Origin: Escherichia coli
GTDB lineage: Bacteria > Pseudomonadota > Gammaproteobacteria > Enterobacterales > Enterobacteriaceae
Strand: one strand, 5' to 3'
Length of the DNA: 64,000 bases
Assembly (NCBI RefSeq): GCF_013122565.1
Contig: NZ_CP053258.1
A program made the translations under genes and the position numbers. The notes below the pieces were generated by a model, which had not been told where the DNA came from, did no database searches, and saw only the letters and a list, made by a program, of their open reading frames with translations. Positions 58,840 to 64,000 of this stretch are shown piece after piece; the first letter of the stretch is position 1; every line of letters starts with the position of its first letter.

Positions 58840-59652
58840 ATGAAATCACTGTTTAAAGTAACGCTGCTGGCGACCACAATGGCCGTTGCCCTGCATGCAC
58901 CGATCACTTTTGCTGCTGAAGCTGCAAAACCTGCTACAACTGCTGACAGCAAAGCAGCGTTCAAAAATGACGATCAGAAATCAGCTTATGCACTGGGTGC
59001 TTCGCTGGGTCGTTACATGGAAAACTCTCTTAAAGAACAAGAAAAACTGGGCATCAAACTGGATAAAGATCAGCTGATCGCTGGTGTTCAGGATGCATTT
59101 GCTGATAAGAGCAAACTCTCCGACCAAGAGATCGAACAGACACTGCAAGCATTCGAAGCTCGCGTGAAGTCTTCTGCTCAGGCGAAGATGGAAAAAGACG
59201 CGGCAGATAACGAAGCGAAAGGTAAAGAGTACCGCGAGAAATTTGCCAAAGAGAAAGGTGTGAAAACCTCTTCAACTGGTCTGGTTTATCAGGTAGTCGA
59301 AGCCGGTAAAGGCGAAGCACCGAAAGACAGCGATACTGTTGTCGTGAACTACAAAGGTACGCTGATCGACGGTAAAGAGTTCGACAACTCTTACACCCGT
59401 GGTGAACCGCTCTCTTTCCGTCTGGACGGTGTTATCCCGGGGTGGACAGAAGGTCTGAAGAACATCAAGAAAGGCGGTAAGATCAAACTGGTTATTCCAC
59501 CAGAACTGGCTTACGGCAAAGCGGGTGTTCCGGGGATCCCACCGAATTCTACCCTGGTGTTTGACGTAGAGCTGCTGGATGTGAAACCAGCGCCGAAGGC
59601 TGATGCAAAGCCGGAAGCTGATGCGAAAGCCGCAGATTCTGCTAAAAAATAA
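58840..59652 (+). CDS. fkpA: Periplasmic FKBP-type peptidyl-prolyl isomerase FkpA
   Basis: ORF-track 270 aa; signal peptide, dimerisation helix, FKBP domain (VVVNYKGTLIDGKEFD). Confidence 0.95.
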   Translation: MKSLFKVTLLATTMAVALHAPITFAAEAAKPATTADSKAAFKNDDQKSAYALGASLGRYMENSLKEQEKLGIKLDKDQLIAGVQDAFADKSKLSDQEIEQTLQAFEARVKSSAQAKMEKDAADNEAKGKEYREKFAKEKGVKTSSTGLVYQVVEAGKGEAPKDSDTVVVNYKGTLIDGKEFDNSYTRGEPLSFRLDGVIPGWTEGLKNIKKGGKIKLVIPPELAYGKAGVPGIPPNSTLVFDVELLDVKPAPKADAKPEADAKAADSAKK

Positions 59653-59660
59653 GCATTAAG

Positions 59661-59691
59661 AACCGCCGCCTGACCAGGCGGCGGTTTTTTT
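59661..59691 (+). terminator. Intrinsic terminator of fkpA
   Basis: ccgccgcc...ggcggcgg hairpin followed by a 7-T run, 10 bp after the fkpA stop. Confidence 0.8.
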
Positions 59692-59818
59692 ATTACAGGC
59701 CGGATATAATTAGTGCTGGAAAGCGGAACCTCCGCTGTATTAATTTAGTTACCCGCATCATTAATGAGCCTGCCCTGAAAAGTTAACGACAGGCTCCTGA
59801 AAAGGAGTGTTTTTTTTC

Positions 59819-60926
<1,108 letters not shown>

Positions 60927-60927
<1 letters not shown>

Positions 60928-61286
60928 TGAAACGAATTGCGTTTGTTTTTTCTACTGTGCCTCATGGTACCGCTGCCGGGCGGGAAGGTTTAGATGCTTT
61001 ACTGGCAACTTCCGCGTTAACTGACGAGCTGGCCGTCTTCTTTATTGCTGATGGCGTTTTTCAGCTACTGCCAGGACAAAAGCCCGGTGCGGTGCTGGCG
61101 CGTGATTACATTGCCACTTTTAAATTGTTGGGTCTGTACGACATTGAACAGTGCTGGGTTTGTGCGGCTTCACTGCGCGAACGTGGGTTAGATCCGCAGA
61201 CACCCTTTGTTGTCGAAGCCACGCCGCTCGAAGCAGATGCCTTACGCCGCGAACTTGGCAACTACGATGTAATTTTGAGGTTTTGA
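60927..61286 (+). CDS. tusC: TusC
   Basis: ORF-track 119 aa; start overlaps the tusD stop. Confidence 0.9.
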
Positions 61287-61293
61287 GGCGTTT

Positions 61294-61581
61294 ATGCTGC
61301 ACACATTACATCGCTCACCCTGGCTGACGGATTTTGCTGCGCTGCTGCGTCTGCTCAGTGAAGGCGACGAACTGCTATTATTGCAAGATGGCGTAACTGC
61401 CGTAGTTGACGGTAACCGCTACCTTGAAAGTCTGCGTAATGCCCCCATTAAGGTCTATGCCCTGAACGAAGACCTTATTGCCCGCGGTTTGACTGGTCAA
61501 ATTTCGAACGACATCATTCCAATTGACTATACTGATTTCGTCAGACTTACGGTTAAGCACTCCAGCCAGATGGCCTGGTGA
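61294..61581 (+). CDS. tusB: TusB
   Basis: ORF-track 95 aa; third gene of the tusDCB unit. Confidence 0.9.
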   Translation: MLHTLHRSPWLTDFAALLRLLSEGDELLLLQDGVTAVVDGNRYLESLRNAPIKVYALNEDLIARGLTGQISNDIIPIDYTDFVRLTVKHSSQMAW

Positions 61582-61603
61582 TGGCGGGATCGTTGTATAT
61601 TTC

Positions 61604-62081
<478 letters not shown>

Positions 62082-62162
62082 TGGTTCTCCGTTAAGTAAG
62101 GCCAAACGTTTTAACTTAAATGTCAAACTAAACTCGTAGAGTTTTGGACAATCCTGAATTAA

Positions 62163-62648
<486 letters not shown>

Positions 62649-62732
62649 TCCCTTCGGAGTTTTAGTCACCAGGCGGGCGCTTCCAGTAAGCAGCCCGCTT
62701 TGGGCTACTTAAATTGAACGCCTAAAAGATAA

Positions 62733-64000
<1,268 letters not shown>

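Overview
This 64 kb window reads as a contiguous Escherichia coli-type (Enterobacteriaceae) chromosomal segment running from the 3' part of envZ to the 5' part of fusA; in K-12 terms it is the envZ–pckA–mrcA–hof–aro–dam–trpS–yhf–frl–cysG–nir–crp–kef–slyD–fkpA–tus–rpsL region. Identification rests on recognising the translated ORF-track products and on start codons, RBSs and hairpins read directly from the sequence; no database search was run, so gene names are recalled homology and all coordinates are from my own reading. Almost all of the window is densely packed core genes with no IS elements, integrases, prophage genes, CRISPR arrays or rRNA/tRNA genes. The one clearly accessory-looking locus is a small toxin–antitoxin-like pair (HigB-2/RelE-family toxin followed by an HTH antitoxin) in the convergent envZ–pckA gap, which I recall as gene-free in K-12. 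The most functionally opaque region is the cryptic yhfZ-yhfY-yhfX-yhfW-php-yhfU-yhfT-yhfS operon beside the frl (fructoselysine) operon. Other points of interest are the hofMNOPQ pilus-like cluster, yhfG–fic, the yheS–yheT–yheU unit, a short-form rpsG suggesting a non-K-12 background, and several REP-type repeats and intrinsic terminators. I found no strong evidence for a wholly undescribed system; the toxin–antitoxin cassette and the yhf operon are the best candidates for follow-up.
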